Origin: Candidatus Heimdallarchaeota archaeon
GTDB lineage: Archaea; Asgardarchaeota; Heimdallarchaeia; Heimdallarchaeales; Heimdallarchaeaceae
Direction of reading: 5' to 3'
DNA: 26,554 bases
NCBI GenBank assembly: GCA_018238545.1
Contig: JABCTC010000047.1
Coordinates: forward strand, 1 to 26,554
Shown: positions 8,982-18,900 of the stretch, piece after piece
Numbering within the stretch: position 1 is the stretch's first letter
Layout: every line of letters begins with the position of its first letter
Notes under the pieces: model-generated
Seen by the model: only the letters and a program-made list of their open reading frames with translations
What the model was told of the DNA's origin: nothing
Databases searched by the model: none
Translations under genes and position numbers: made by a program

Positions 8982-9305
8982 TCATTTACCAATTTCAAGA
9001 ATGTGATTAGCTACCAATTCAGTAACTTCAGGTATCTTAGGTCTTACTTTATCAAGAAGTATTTCAGAGCTTTTTTCTGAATCTTCTATTAACTTCATGT
9101 AATTAGAAGTGTCTTTCGCTTCTTCTACTTTCTTCTTGAGAATCTCTCTTGCTTCTGTTTTTGCATGCTCTAATCTTCTTATTCGATTGCTTTGTGCTTT
9201 CTCTATAACCAGCGCTGATTCTGTTTCCGCATCTTCTAGAATTTGTTCAGCACGTTGTTCAGCAACCTTTATTTGTTTTATCAGTTCATGTTCTAATGAT
9301 GGCAA
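8982..9305 (-). CDS. atpH: A/V-type ATPase subunit H/G (peripheral stalk)
   Basis: About 107 aa of coiled coil with IKQIKVAEQRAEQILEDA, in ATPase context. TTG 9305 follows SD AGGTGA at 9311-9316, and the ORF-track GTG at 9314 lies inside that SD. Confidence 0.8.
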   Translation of the reverse strand: MPSLEHELIKQIKVAEQRAEQILEDAETESALVIEKAQSNRIRRLEHAKTEAREILKKKVEEAKDTSNYMKLIEDSEKSSEILLDKVRPKIPEVTELVANHILEIGK

Positions 9306-10354
9306 ATATTTCACCTGATATAGCCTTTTTAACCAGCTATGTGAGAGGGCAATATGCTAAATTACTTACTCAAGAAGACTTTGAAAATTTAATAAATAAA
9401 CCTTATGAATTGTTCATTCAAGATTTATTAAGTTTTGAAATAGGTGAAAAATTGAAAGACCATCCTGAATATCAATCTCACCAATTAGAGAAATTGCTTA
9501 CAGCTAGCTTGCTAGATCAATATATGTTTATATTAAAATACTCTCCAAAGTGGTCTAAAGAGTTTTTTGAAGCGTATACTACCAAACTTGAAGTAATGAA
9601 CATTCAAAGAATTATAAGATATCTTTATTCTAAAGCAAAGGTGGATTTGAGAGAAGTAATCAATTTGAGACCACAAGAAATGCTTGGAAGAACAGCTTTC
9701 ATTTCGAAGCTAATCTTAGCAAAAGATTTAGCAGAACTTCTTGATTTACTTAAAGAATCTGAATACGGTGAAGAGATAGAAGTTGCTGAAAAGATGTACA
9801 CCAAAATCAATGACATTTGGCCATTAGAATTCGCAATAGAAGCATTTTATCTTAAAAAGATGATTTCCACAGCTGAGAAATTAAAGCTAAACCAAAGAAA
9901 AGGTGCTATGGCTTTTGTTAAGAATGAATTGCTAACCAATCTCTTACTAGTGATACTAAAAGCAGATTTTGTTGAAGTAGATATACAAGAAGCTTTGCAA
10001 CTAGTCCCCATACCTGAAGAATTTCCTTTCAGAAAGCAAATTCTCAAAATGATGAAGGATAATGATTTAAAGAGTGATCTAAAACTTCTGAAAACTTTTG
10101 CATCAGATAAGATTTCGAAAGGCATTGATATGTACCTTGAGGATAAGATGTTTTTGCATATCGAGATTGCAGTAAGAGCAAGCGAATTAGAGATAGTAAG
10201 AAATGCATTTCATTCTGATTTTGGGATTCATAGTATAATGTGCTATCTGAAGATGTATGAATCCCAGATTCAAGACATAAACAAGCTACTTTATCTAAAA
10301 GAATACAAGTTCCCTGTAGAGAAAACTAGGGAACTAGTTGTAAACTTAGTATGA
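9296..10354 (+). CDS. atpC: A/V-type ATPase subunit C (V0 d-like), on the opposite strand to its neighbours
   Basis: 352 aa. N-terminal VRG..KLLTQEDFENL, E..NI..IIR and C-terminal YL..YESQIQDI..L..K are typical of the AC39/C family. Confidence 0.85.
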   Translation: MMANISPDIAFLTSYVRGQYAKLLTQEDFENLINKPYELFIQDLLSFEIGEKLKDHPEYQSHQLEKLLTASLLDQYMFILKYSPKWSKEFFEAYTTKLEVMNIQRIIRYLYSKAKVDLREVINLRPQEMLGRTAFISKLILAKDLAELLDLLKESEYGEEIEVAEKMYTKINDIWPLEFAIEAFYLKKMISTAEKLKLNQRKGAMAFVKNELLTNLLLVILKADFVEVDIQEALQLVPIPEEFPFRKQILKMMKDNDLKSDLKLLKTFASDKISKGIDMYLEDKMFLHIEIAVRASELEIVRNAFHSDFGIHSIMCYLKMYESQIQDINKLLYLKEYKFPVEKTRELVVNLV

Positions 10355-10363
10355 TGATACTCG

Positions 10364-10828
10364 TTAAGCCAGATTAAGGAGAATGAATGCAATTAAAAGA
10401 CCATAAATTGCTAAAGCCTCACCTAGACCTAAATAGATAAGGTTTGGAGTGAAAACTTCAGAATTTGCAGTTAATGAACCAATTGCAGCAGGTTCTCCCT
10501 TGGTTAATGTTATCGCAGCTCCAATATTTGAAATGATCATTATGGCCATCGCTCCAAGGAAAATGTATCCTTGTGTTTCCGTGAATTCCACTAATCCAGC
10601 AATTGCATCGCTTATTTTTGTGTACATAATAAATGCAACCAATAGCCCATAAATAGCTAGAGCTTCAGCAAGCGCTAGATATATCAGAATGAAAATATTT
10701 AATTGTTGTTTTTCAGCTATAGCAGCAGCTGCAGCTTGAATCCCTTTAGCTAAAGGTACACCCGCTCCAATTATCGTGAGCATTGTACCAGCAATTGCAA
10801 TAATTCCTAATAGTATACTATTTACCAT
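10364..10828 (-). CDS. atpK: A/V-type ATPase proteolipid subunit K/c, duplicated (4 TM)
   Basis: Two hairpins, each with EALAIYGLL. The start overlaps the atpI end by 11 nt. Confidence 0.93.
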   Translation of the reverse strand: MVNSILLGIIAIAGTMLTIIGAGVPLAKGIQAAAAAIAEKQQLNIFILIYLALAEALAIYGLLVAFIMYTKISDAIAGLVEFTETQGYIFLGAMAIMIISNIGAAITLTKGEPAAIGSLTANSEVFTPNLIYLGLGEALAIYGLLIAFILLNLA

Positions 10829-12848
10829 CCTTACTCAAATCCATTGTTTTATTAAATATAAATATTGGTTTATGTTGTATTCCGCTACCTTCGTAGAATT
10901 TACTGAAAAATTCATAGAAATGTAATCTTAATGTTTGAACAAACACCAGTAACCCTTCTAGAACTAAAACAAAGATATTTCCGATTACTAGAATTAAAAT
11001 TTGCCATACAATAAAACCAGAAAGATTTGCTAATGTATTGATAACACTGAGAAACACAAAATGTGCAACAAGCATAGCCAGTATTCTGCCATAAGAAATA
11101 GTGTTGCTTATGAAAGAACTAAATGATTCTAATAAATTCATTACACCCATCCCAATTCCCCCAAAGAATTTTTTGAAAAAGTTTTTCCTCTCATCTTTTA
11201 TTATTAATGCAGCAATTCCTTGTCCGAAAAGTGCTAAAACAACTCCTATTAATAGTGCAACTATCCCCACTATAGAATCAATTTCTATTCCAAAGTCTAT
11301 AATGTTGAGAGAACTTAGGAAATAAAGAATTCCTGCATAAAGAAAAACTTGAGCTCCTGTTTCTTTTATTATGTCTTCAATTTCTTTATGTCTAATTTGA
11401 TTGATTAATCGAAGAGTCAGTCCTAACGTCAATTGTATTGCACCAATAATAAGTACAAGATTGAAAATTTCAATTAGATTATCGACTGGATTTAAAATAG
11501 GATAGTGTACACCAAACAATTTAGGATCAGTCCAATTAAAAATATCCTGAGAAATCTCATATCCAAAAAATTCACCGAAGATAAACGCTCCCAAAATAAA
11601 GGAAGCTAACCCTAGGGAGAAAACCAAAATAAACATCGTACGAATATTTCTCTTCAACCCCTTAGCTAGCATCCCCAATAATCCTATTAGCATAAAAATT
11701 AACCCATGCCCAGCGTCACCAAACATTATTCCATAGAAAAGACTAAATGTAAAAATAAAGAAAATTGTTGGATCTACCTCTTTTGACGAAGGTAAACCAT
11801 AAAGACCAACAATAGATTGAAATGATCTCATTATGGGGTTTCTAGCTTGTTTTATTGGAACATTTCTTGTTTCTTCTTCAGGTTCTTCTGTTTCGAAAAC
11901 TGTTTCAGAGAAATCTGAAATAAACTCTTTGATATAATTTTGATCCTTTTGAGCAATCCACCCTTGGAAAATCACTGTTCTTTTTGTTTTCTTTGAAGTT
12001 ACGTAAATCCGAAGTAACTGTTTGTAACTCTCAATTGATAATCGTAAAGCCATTATTTTTTCCTTATTTTGAATAGTATATTGCTTTGAATCTTCATCAA
12101 GTTTCTTGATTTCCTTCTCTAAATCCTTGGTTCCTTTCTCAATTTCCTCCTCAATTTCTAACTTACTCCAATGGATAGGTCCAGTATGTTTGTGATCCAT
12201 CCATCGAACTGTCGATATTGTTTTGAGAAATCTTGTAATCTCTCCCTTTTTGCCTTGAGCATAAATCAGAAATTTATTATGAACTAATGGAATGACTTCT
12301 TTTTTTGATAAATCACTTACAAACTCTTCAGCATCTGATGCTTTTGATGTTGTCAATATTCCTACAATAGCTCTTTCTTTTTCATTAACTTGATACGGAA
12401 ACTCTTCTTCAAGTAATCTGAAACCTTTGGAGATTAAGTTCTTTGTTTCGAGTTCATTTTGAATAGTTTCTGTTCTTGACATAAGTTCATGTATTTCTTT
12501 CTTTGTTTTTTCTATTTTTTCGATAATCTGTATCTCAATTTCTTCAATATTTTCCCAATTAGTAAATAATGGGTCTAAAGGTGGGATTTTTCGATAAGCT
12601 CTAGCTATTTTTTGTACTAGTTTCTCTTTGGGTTCAGGAAGTGTTTTTAACAAATCTTCAAACGAGCTCTCTATTCGTCTGATCGAATCAAGTTTGGTTG
12701 TTGGAGAATAGTCTTCTAAATCCTCATCTATTGTAGTTTCTTTCGGCATGAATTTTTCAGTTTCCGCTAGCTGAATTATTAATTTGGGAAAATCTTCTAT
12801 TGGAACTATGATTGTTGCCTTCAGCATCGTTTGTGGAAATAAACCCAT
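10818..12848 (-). CDS. atpI: A/V-type ATPase subunit I/a
   Basis: YGLPSSKEVDPT, GIMFGDAGHG, ISYGRILA (stator Arg) and QTLRLHFYEFFSKFYEG. SD AAGGTGA upstream. Confidence 0.95.
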   Translation of the reverse strand: MGLFPQTMLKATIIVPIEDFPKLIIQLAETEKFMPKETTIDEDLEDYSPTTKLDSIRRIESSFEDLLKTLPEPKEKLVQKIARAYRKIPPLDPLFTNWENIEEIEIQIIEKIEKTKKEIHELMSRTETIQNELETKNLISKGFRLLEEEFPYQVNEKERAIVGILTTSKASDAEEFVSDLSKKEVIPLVHNKFLIYAQGKKGEITRFLKTISTVRWMDHKHTGPIHWSKLEIEEEIEKGTKDLEKEIKKLDEDSKQYTIQNKEKIMALRLSIESYKQLLRIYVTSKKTKRTVIFQGWIAQKDQNYIKEFISDFSETVFETEEPEEETRNVPIKQARNPIMRSFQSIVGLYGLPSSKEVDPTIFFIFTFSLFYGIMFGDAGHGLIFMLIGLLGMLAKGLKRNIRTMFILVFSLGLASFILGAFIFGEFFGYEISQDIFNWTDPKLFGVHYPILNPVDNLIEIFNLVLIIGAIQLTLGLTLRLINQIRHKEIEDIIKETGAQVFLYAGILYFLSSLNIIDFGIEIDSIVGIVALLIGVVLALFGQGIAALIIKDERKNFFKKFFGGIGMGVMNLLESFSSFISNTISYGRILAMLVAHFVFLSVINTLANLSGFIVWQILILVIGNIFVLVLEGLLVFVQTLRLHFYEFFSKFYEGSGIQHKPIFIFNKTMDLSKDGK

Positions 12849-12857
12849 TTTATCACC

Positions 12858-13493
12858 TTAGTTGAATAAATATTCGTTTATTTTTGTTCTAATTGTGTCT
12901 TTGCTTTCCTCTAATAGATATTCTATTGTATAATCTATTCTAACTCGTTCTTCTTTATCTGTAAGAATAAACCCCCCAGATGTTATTAACTCTGTTATTT
13001 CTATAATGAATTTCACGTTCTTTTCTTTTTCTAGTTTTTTAACAATTTGTGTAATTACTCTTTCATCTCTTTTGTCGATTAGAAGTTTCATTTCTTTAGA
13101 TTGAAAAGCCCTTTGAGTTGGTTCTAGCTTGCTTTCTAGATACTTTTTGTAATTTGAATTTTTTCTAAAATTTGACAAATCTTTCTCAATTTTTTCAAAG
13201 ACTTCATCAATTAGTTTCTCTTTGGTTTGGATTTTTATTCTTTTAGCTTTTTGTTGATATTCAGCTTCTGTTCTCTTTCTAATGTATTCTAAATGAGATA
13301 GTTCTTTTTCCAGTTCTTTCTGTTTTATTTCTGAAACAAGTTCCTTTGTTTCTTTCTCAAAGTTTGCAAGCTTTTTTCGAGTTTCTTCCCTCATTCTCTC
13401 AGCTTCATTTTCTGCTTCAGAGATAATTTTCTTCAGTAGATTATCTAAGTTTGTAGAGGGATGTTCTTCTTTTTGTTTTTGTTTATCTACCAT
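12858..13493 (-). CDS. atpE: A/V-type ATPase subunit E
   Basis: N-terminal coiled coil (KIISEAENEAERM) and C-terminal SGGFIL...RIDYT...I..YLF. ATG 13493 is preferred over GTG 13502, which looks like part of the SD. Confidence 0.88.
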   Translation of the reverse strand: MVDKQKQKEEHPSTNLDNLLKKIISEAENEAERMREETRKKLANFEKETKELVSEIKQKELEKELSHLEYIRKRTEAEYQQKAKRIKIQTKEKLIDEVFEKIEKDLSNFRKNSNYKKYLESKLEPTQRAFQSKEMKLLIDKRDERVITQIVKKLEKEKNVKFIIEITELITSGGFILTDKEERVRIDYTIEYLLEESKDTIRTKINEYLFN

Positions 13494-13503
13494 TTTTATC
13501 ACT

Positions 13504-13932
13504 TCAAACTGGATAGAGGAGTACTGGAATCGATGCTAGCTCAATAACGTATCTAATATGGTTTTTTAACAATCTCTTTGCCATCCTCTCTCTTTTCGTA
13601 CCCATTGCTATAAAATCTACTTTTTCTTTCAATGATGCTTTAATAATTGATTCTGATATTATACCTGTTTCAATACTAGACGTAATATAAAGATGAGAAT
13701 CAGAATAAATGTTAACTAGCTTATTCAATATATTTTCACTTTCAGCTTTGCACTTATTTTCTACATCTTCTATAGATTCCCCTCTAAAGTCTGCTAGATG
13801 TTGAACCGTTTCGCTATCAATAACATTGATGAGATGAATCTCAGTAACCCAGTCATCAAAAAAGTCGATGATCTGTTTGATCATGCTTATTCCACTTTCA
13901 AAATCACCTATAGCTACTAGTGCTTTTTTAAT
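13504..13932 (-). CDS. Universal stress protein (UspA family) inside the ATPase operon, probable ATT start
   Basis: IHLINVID, I...S.KEKVDFIAMG and V...ASIPVLL motifs. The frame extends upstream of ATG 13884 to IKKALVAIGDFES, the expected USP first strand, giving 142 aa from ATT 13932. Confidence 0.82.
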   Translation of the reverse strand: MKKALVAIGDFESGISMIKQIIDFFDDWVTEIHLINVIDSETVQHLADFRGESIEDVENKCKAESENILNKLVNIYSDSHLYITSSIETGIISESIIKASLKEKVDFIAMGTKRERMAKRLLKNHIRYVIELASIPVLLYPV

Positions 13933-14578
13933 TGTGAACGCCTCTTTTTCTCAATTTTTTCTCTTCTAACTTACTTTTCAATTTCTTAATAGTGTAAATG
14001 TTCTCTAATTCGTATGATTCAAGAGATTCTTCGATAAATTTGATTATATTTCGAAATCTCACTCTATACACTTTATCTAAAGCATTCAGATTTAGTTGTA
14101 TTGATTGTAAATTGTTCATGATTCTAAAAGCAAGACTCTCAATTTCTGCAAGCTGAATAATTAGATGAAATGTGTCTCTGAACCTTTCTGCTGTTACCCA
14201 TAAAAGACTTGATATTCCAAAAAACCCATAGGATGTATCAGGTAGTTTTTCTACCTCTAAATTCACGTAATCAACTCCCATATACTCTGTAGCCATAGAT
14301 TGAATCTCAACTTCCTTAGGTATTGTGTCACTGAAAACATTAATCATTTCTCTTCCAAGTTCAGATTCTGTTTTGATATATTCAATGTAAGCTTCACTCA
14401 GGCATTTTTCCATCTCAGTTCTTAAAGTAGCAATCTCTGCAGTTATTATATGTAATTTCATTAGGAGAGCTTCATATTTTTCTCGTAAAAGATCATATGC
14501 CCTTTCAACCAACTTTAGTTTCCTCTTATATTTGAGCAAATTATCTTTTGTTGGTGAAATGGTGATAGCTTCTCTCAT
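13928..14578 (-). CDS. atpD: A/V-type ATPase subunit D
   Basis: SPTKDNLLKYKRKL...AYDLLREKYEAL, YMGV and LNAL motifs. ATGA overlap with the atpB stop. Confidence 0.92.
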   Translation of the reverse strand: MREAITISPTKDNLLKYKRKLKLVERAYDLLREKYEALLMKLHIITAEIATLRTEMEKCLSEAYIEYIKTESELGREMINVFSDTIPKEVEIQSMATEYMGVDYVNLEVEKLPDTSYGFFGISSLLWVTAERFRDTFHLIIQLAEIESLAFRIMNNLQSIQLNLNALDKVYRVRFRNIIKFIEESLESYELENIYTIKKLKSKLEEKKLRKRGVHN

Positions 14579-15969
14579 TTGTCTTTTTCAACTCGATCGA
14601 ATAGCTGTTTCTCAATTTCCTCTGATGATAGTTTAGTAAGTTCTGATATTGGAAGTAATGACAAAAGAGACCACCCTAATTCTAATGACTCTTGCATCGT
14701 TCGGCGAGCGTCTCCTTGATTAATAAATAATTCTTCGAATTTCTCGGAAAATTCTAAATAAATTTGATCAATACGATTTAATTCTTTCTTGCCAATTACC
14801 TCAGCTAGATTCCTTTTATCTAACCCCATAGCATATGCTGCATATAACTGATCGCTTAAACCTGGATGATCTTTTCTTGTATGTCCTTCCCCAATTCCAT
14901 CTTTCATAAGCCTAGAAAGTGAACCTAAAACATCTATGGGAGGATAAATTCCGCTGGTATGAAGTGATCTGTCTAGAATAATTTGTCCCTCTGTTATGTA
15001 ACCAGTTAAATCAGGGATTGGGTGGGTTATATCATCATTTGGCATTGTCAAATTTGCTAAAAGGGTTATACTACCATTTGAACCCTCTATTATGCCTGAA
15101 CGTTCGTAAAGTGATGCTAAATCGCTATACATGTATCCAGGAAAACCTTTTCTTGCTGGCACTGTTTCTAAAGCAACAGAAACTTCTCTTAGTGCTTGAC
15201 AATAGTTGGTGATATCTGATAAAATAGTAAATACGTGATAATCTTTCTCAAAAGCTAAATATTCCGATGTTGTTAAAGCAACTCTGGGTGTAAGAAGTCT
15301 TTCAGCAGCTGAATCACTTGCTAGATTAACAAACATTACAACCTTATCTAGGGTTCCAGTTTCCTTAAATAAACGTTGGAAATAGATATGATCGTCCATT
15401 GTTAACCCCATTGCACCAAAAACAATTGCAAATTTTTCACCTTTATCTTCTTCAGCAATTCTTGCGTGTCTGACTATCTGTCCAATAACTCTATTGCTGG
15501 GCAATCCTGCACTTGTAAACACAGGGAGTTTTTGTCCTCGAACAATAGTGTTCATCAGATCAATTGCAGATATGCCTGTTTCAATGTAATTTTTAGGATA
15601 AACTCTTGAAGTTGGATTGATTGGAGCACCATTAACATCTAGGAATTCATCTGAATAAACTGCAGGGAGTCCATCAAGAGGTTCCCCAAGAGAATTAAAT
15701 GTTCTTCCAATCATACTCTCTGAAACAAAAAGTTGCATTGTTCTTCCAAAGAACTGTGTTTCTATGTCATCCTTATCTATTTCATAGGTTCCTTGGTATA
15801 ATAGAATTATTACTCTTTCTTCCTCAATAGCTAAGACTCTTCCTTTACGAATTTGACTATCATGAATTTTGACTTCTAAATATTCTCCCATTTGTATTCC
15901 AGATACTCCATCGACAACTATCAATGGTCCTCGAATTTCCGAAACCCCTTTAACAGTTATTCTTGCCAT
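14575..15969 (-). CDS. atpB: A/V-type ATPase subunit B
   Basis: ETGISAID, RGQKLPVF, PARKGFPGYMYSDL, DDITHPIPDLTGYITEGQI and SLSRLM. The true start is likely ATG 15969 (MARITVKG), 7 nt after the atpA stop. Confidence 0.96.
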   Translation of the reverse strand: MARITVKGVSEIRGPLIVVDGVSGIQMGEYLEVKIHDSQIRKGRVLAIEEERVIILLYQGTYEIDKDDIETQFFGRTMQLFVSESMIGRTFNSLGEPLDGLPAVYSDEFLDVNGAPINPTSRVYPKNYIETGISAIDLMNTIVRGQKLPVFTSAGLPSNRVIGQIVRHARIAEEDKGEKFAIVFGAMGLTMDDHIYFQRLFKETGTLDKVVMFVNLASDSAAERLLTPRVALTTSEYLAFEKDYHVFTILSDITNYCQALREVSVALETVPARKGFPGYMYSDLASLYERSGIIEGSNGSITLLANLTMPNDDITHPIPDLTGYITEGQIILDRSLHTSGIYPPIDVLGSLSRLMKDGIGEGHTRKDHPGLSDQLYAAYAMGLDKRNLAEVIGKKELNRIDQIYLEFSEKFEELFINQGDARRTMQESLELGWSLLSLLPISELTKLSSEEIEKQLFDRVEKDK

Positions 15970-15976
15970 TATGTTA

Positions 15977-18900
15977 TCAAATCCTGTACCCACATTTGGA
16001 GCCAACTTCTTCCATTTCGGAATGGATATAATCTTCAATCTTATTCAATTGCATAAGATCCTCATTGCTAACATCTTCCTTCATTCTCTTAAGAAATTGA
16101 ACAGATTTCAATGAGATAATTGACGAAATAGGACACCCATTTTTAATAAGGATGTCAGCTCTTTGATAGAAAAGAAGTATTAACTTCATCATTTTCATTT
16201 GTTTATCTATTGGGCAAAAAGTATCAACTGGATGAAAAGCGCTTTGTTGTAGTATCCCACTTTTGATTATATCTGCTATCAGAATTATCAGTTGTTCATC
16301 TGAAGGAAGTGCTTTTGATCCTATTAGCTCAACAATATGTTGCAATTCTTCATCTTTTAGCAGTAATTTCATCATTTCTTGACGATATCGCCCCCAATCT
16401 TCTAAACCGGATTCAAGGGCCCATTCTTCTATCTCAGATATATATCCAGAATAGCTGTTTAACCAGTTAATTGCAGGAAAATGTTTTCTGTTAGCTAAAG
16501 TTGAATCCAATCCCCAAAACGTTTTAACGAATCTCTTTGTGTTTGCTGTTACTGGTTCACTAAAATCTCCACCTGGTGGTGAAACAGCAGCAGTGATATT
16601 GATTGAACCTTCACGATATGGAGAACCAATTGGTATAACCTTACCAGCTCTTTCATAGAAATTCGCTAACCTTGCACCTAGGTAAGCAGGAAAACCTTCC
16701 TCTACAGGTAACTCTGCTAATTGTCCTGATATTTCCCTTAAAGCTTCAGCCCATCTACTTGTACTGTCCGCTGTTAATAGCACCGCATATCCTTGATCAC
16801 GATAATATTCTGCCATTGTTATTCCCATATAGATGGATGCTTCCCTAGCAGCTACAGGCATATTGGAAACATTTGCTACAAGAATTGTTCTTGCCATTAA
16901 TGGATTGTTTGTATAAGGATCAATTAATTTTGGAAACTCCCTTAATACATCTGTCATTTCATTCCCTCGTTCTCCACATCCTATATAGACGACAACGTTA
17001 GCATTGCTCCACTTTGACATTTGGTGCTGAATGACTGTGTTATGAAGGATAAATGGCTCATTTCCGCCTATAAAATTGTGATATTTCTCGACAACTAGAT
17101 CATAAACTTCTTCATCCCAATTTAACAATTCTATTAATTTTACTTCATCAAAATAAAATTCTGAATGTAGTTGCTTGATAGAATCTAACCTTTGAACCAA
17201 AGCCGTAGATTCTTCAGGACTATCATGCTGATTCTGTTCTTTTATTATATGTATTATATTTTCTAAAGTTTTGTTTGTGATTTTCCTTCCCATTGAAACA
17301 TTTTTGATAGCAGTAAGAGCTTTTGATTTCCTAGGGTTGGAATGTGAGTTGATAAATAATTTCTTACTTTCAGTTAAGAGATTTATACTAATAGGGATAG
17401 CATCAGAAGAAACAAAATGATCAATATTTTTTATTGTATAACTATAAATTTTCTTTGTCTTTTTATATTCTGTTACACCGTGTATCTTGAATAGATGTCC
17501 TAATTCTTCTAATTGGGAACCTTCAACTGATATTCTATAATATTCATGATCCTTAACAGTCTGCTTAGTTTTTCTATATATAATGTTCAATCTGCTTAAT
17601 ATATAACACAATCCTGAAGAAATGCTCTTACTTGCTGTTGCAATCTCTAATGTATATCCCTTTACATAACCATCCCCGGCTATGTAAGCGTTCAGAAAAT
17701 GTATCAAATCTTCATCCTCAGACATTTGAATCAAATCAGGTATAGACGCAGTTCTAGATTTCTTTTCTGAAGGGAAATTAAGGTATTGAAGGAAAATTCC
17801 AACGGGTCTAGAGTAGAATACAGTTGTTTTAACATTGTTCTCGACCCTTTCTTTAGATTTTGAATCAAACAGAAGTTGAACAAGTGTTGAAAACCTCTCT
17901 CTAATATGATTATCATTGTTATATAGATACATTGTTTTGTAATTAGTTACTCTTCCATCAGATAGCAGCAATCCAAGAAATTCTGCTAATTCTGGATTCA
18001 TCTTATTGGGTAGTTTAACACTCTCACTTTGCCTTTCAGCTTTAACAGTCTTAAAATTGATTTCTTGTTTTGTTATCCTTTGAAGTTTTTTTATAAATCT
18101 CAATGTTGGATTATTTATACCATAATAAAACCCATTAAAAACATCAGCTGAAACATTTAATTTTTCTGCCATCTGTATAAGCGAAATATTATTCAAAGTA
18201 ATATATTTATCAACACTTTCTCTGATTTCCCTTATAGCCGTTTTATCAGCTGTTCGTAAAGAATCAGCTATATCATAAACATTTATTTTCTTTCTTTTGA
18301 TGTTCTTATAATGATAGCTCAGTTTTCTCGGACTTAAAACAAAATCACCGACATTAAGTTTTTGAGATTCTTTTTCTATAATTTCTTTTCCATCGAAAAT
18401 TTGCAACTTATGGAGTGGTGTTAAGGTTACACTTCTTCCTTTCTTTGTAGTAACTCTTATCATTTTGCTGCTGTAACCTTTGTACAAATGAGTAGCCTTG
18501 CCTTCAGTCAAAGATCCATCTTTTTGATTGAATGATAATACTCTTAGAGGTTTCTTTAGCCTTATCAAAGTTTCATCCTCAGAATCTTTCTCAACTAGGT
18601 TATCACCATTTAGAGCTTCTTTATACAAATCTTCAATCTTCTCTAGATTTCCTTCTTTGCGCAGAATTAATGTATCACCAGATACACATTTACCTGTTCC
18701 AAAACCTCCTGGAATTGCTGCAGTTCCTCCTTTTGCTATTGGGAAAAACATATCTATGATTCTCTGACCCGTGATGAGAGGTTCTGATACAGGTAATTTG
18801 GTTGCAAATGGTCTTGCGATTCTTACAGGCCATTCATGCATTAAACTTAATTCTTTTCTCATCCCATCATTGTTCTTGGATAGAAGAATTGGTTCAATAA

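Noticed and set aside
15970-16038. 23-aa N-terminal extension of AtpB overlapping atpA
   Set aside because: AtpB-like sequence begins at MARITVKG (ATG 15969), just after the atpA stop.
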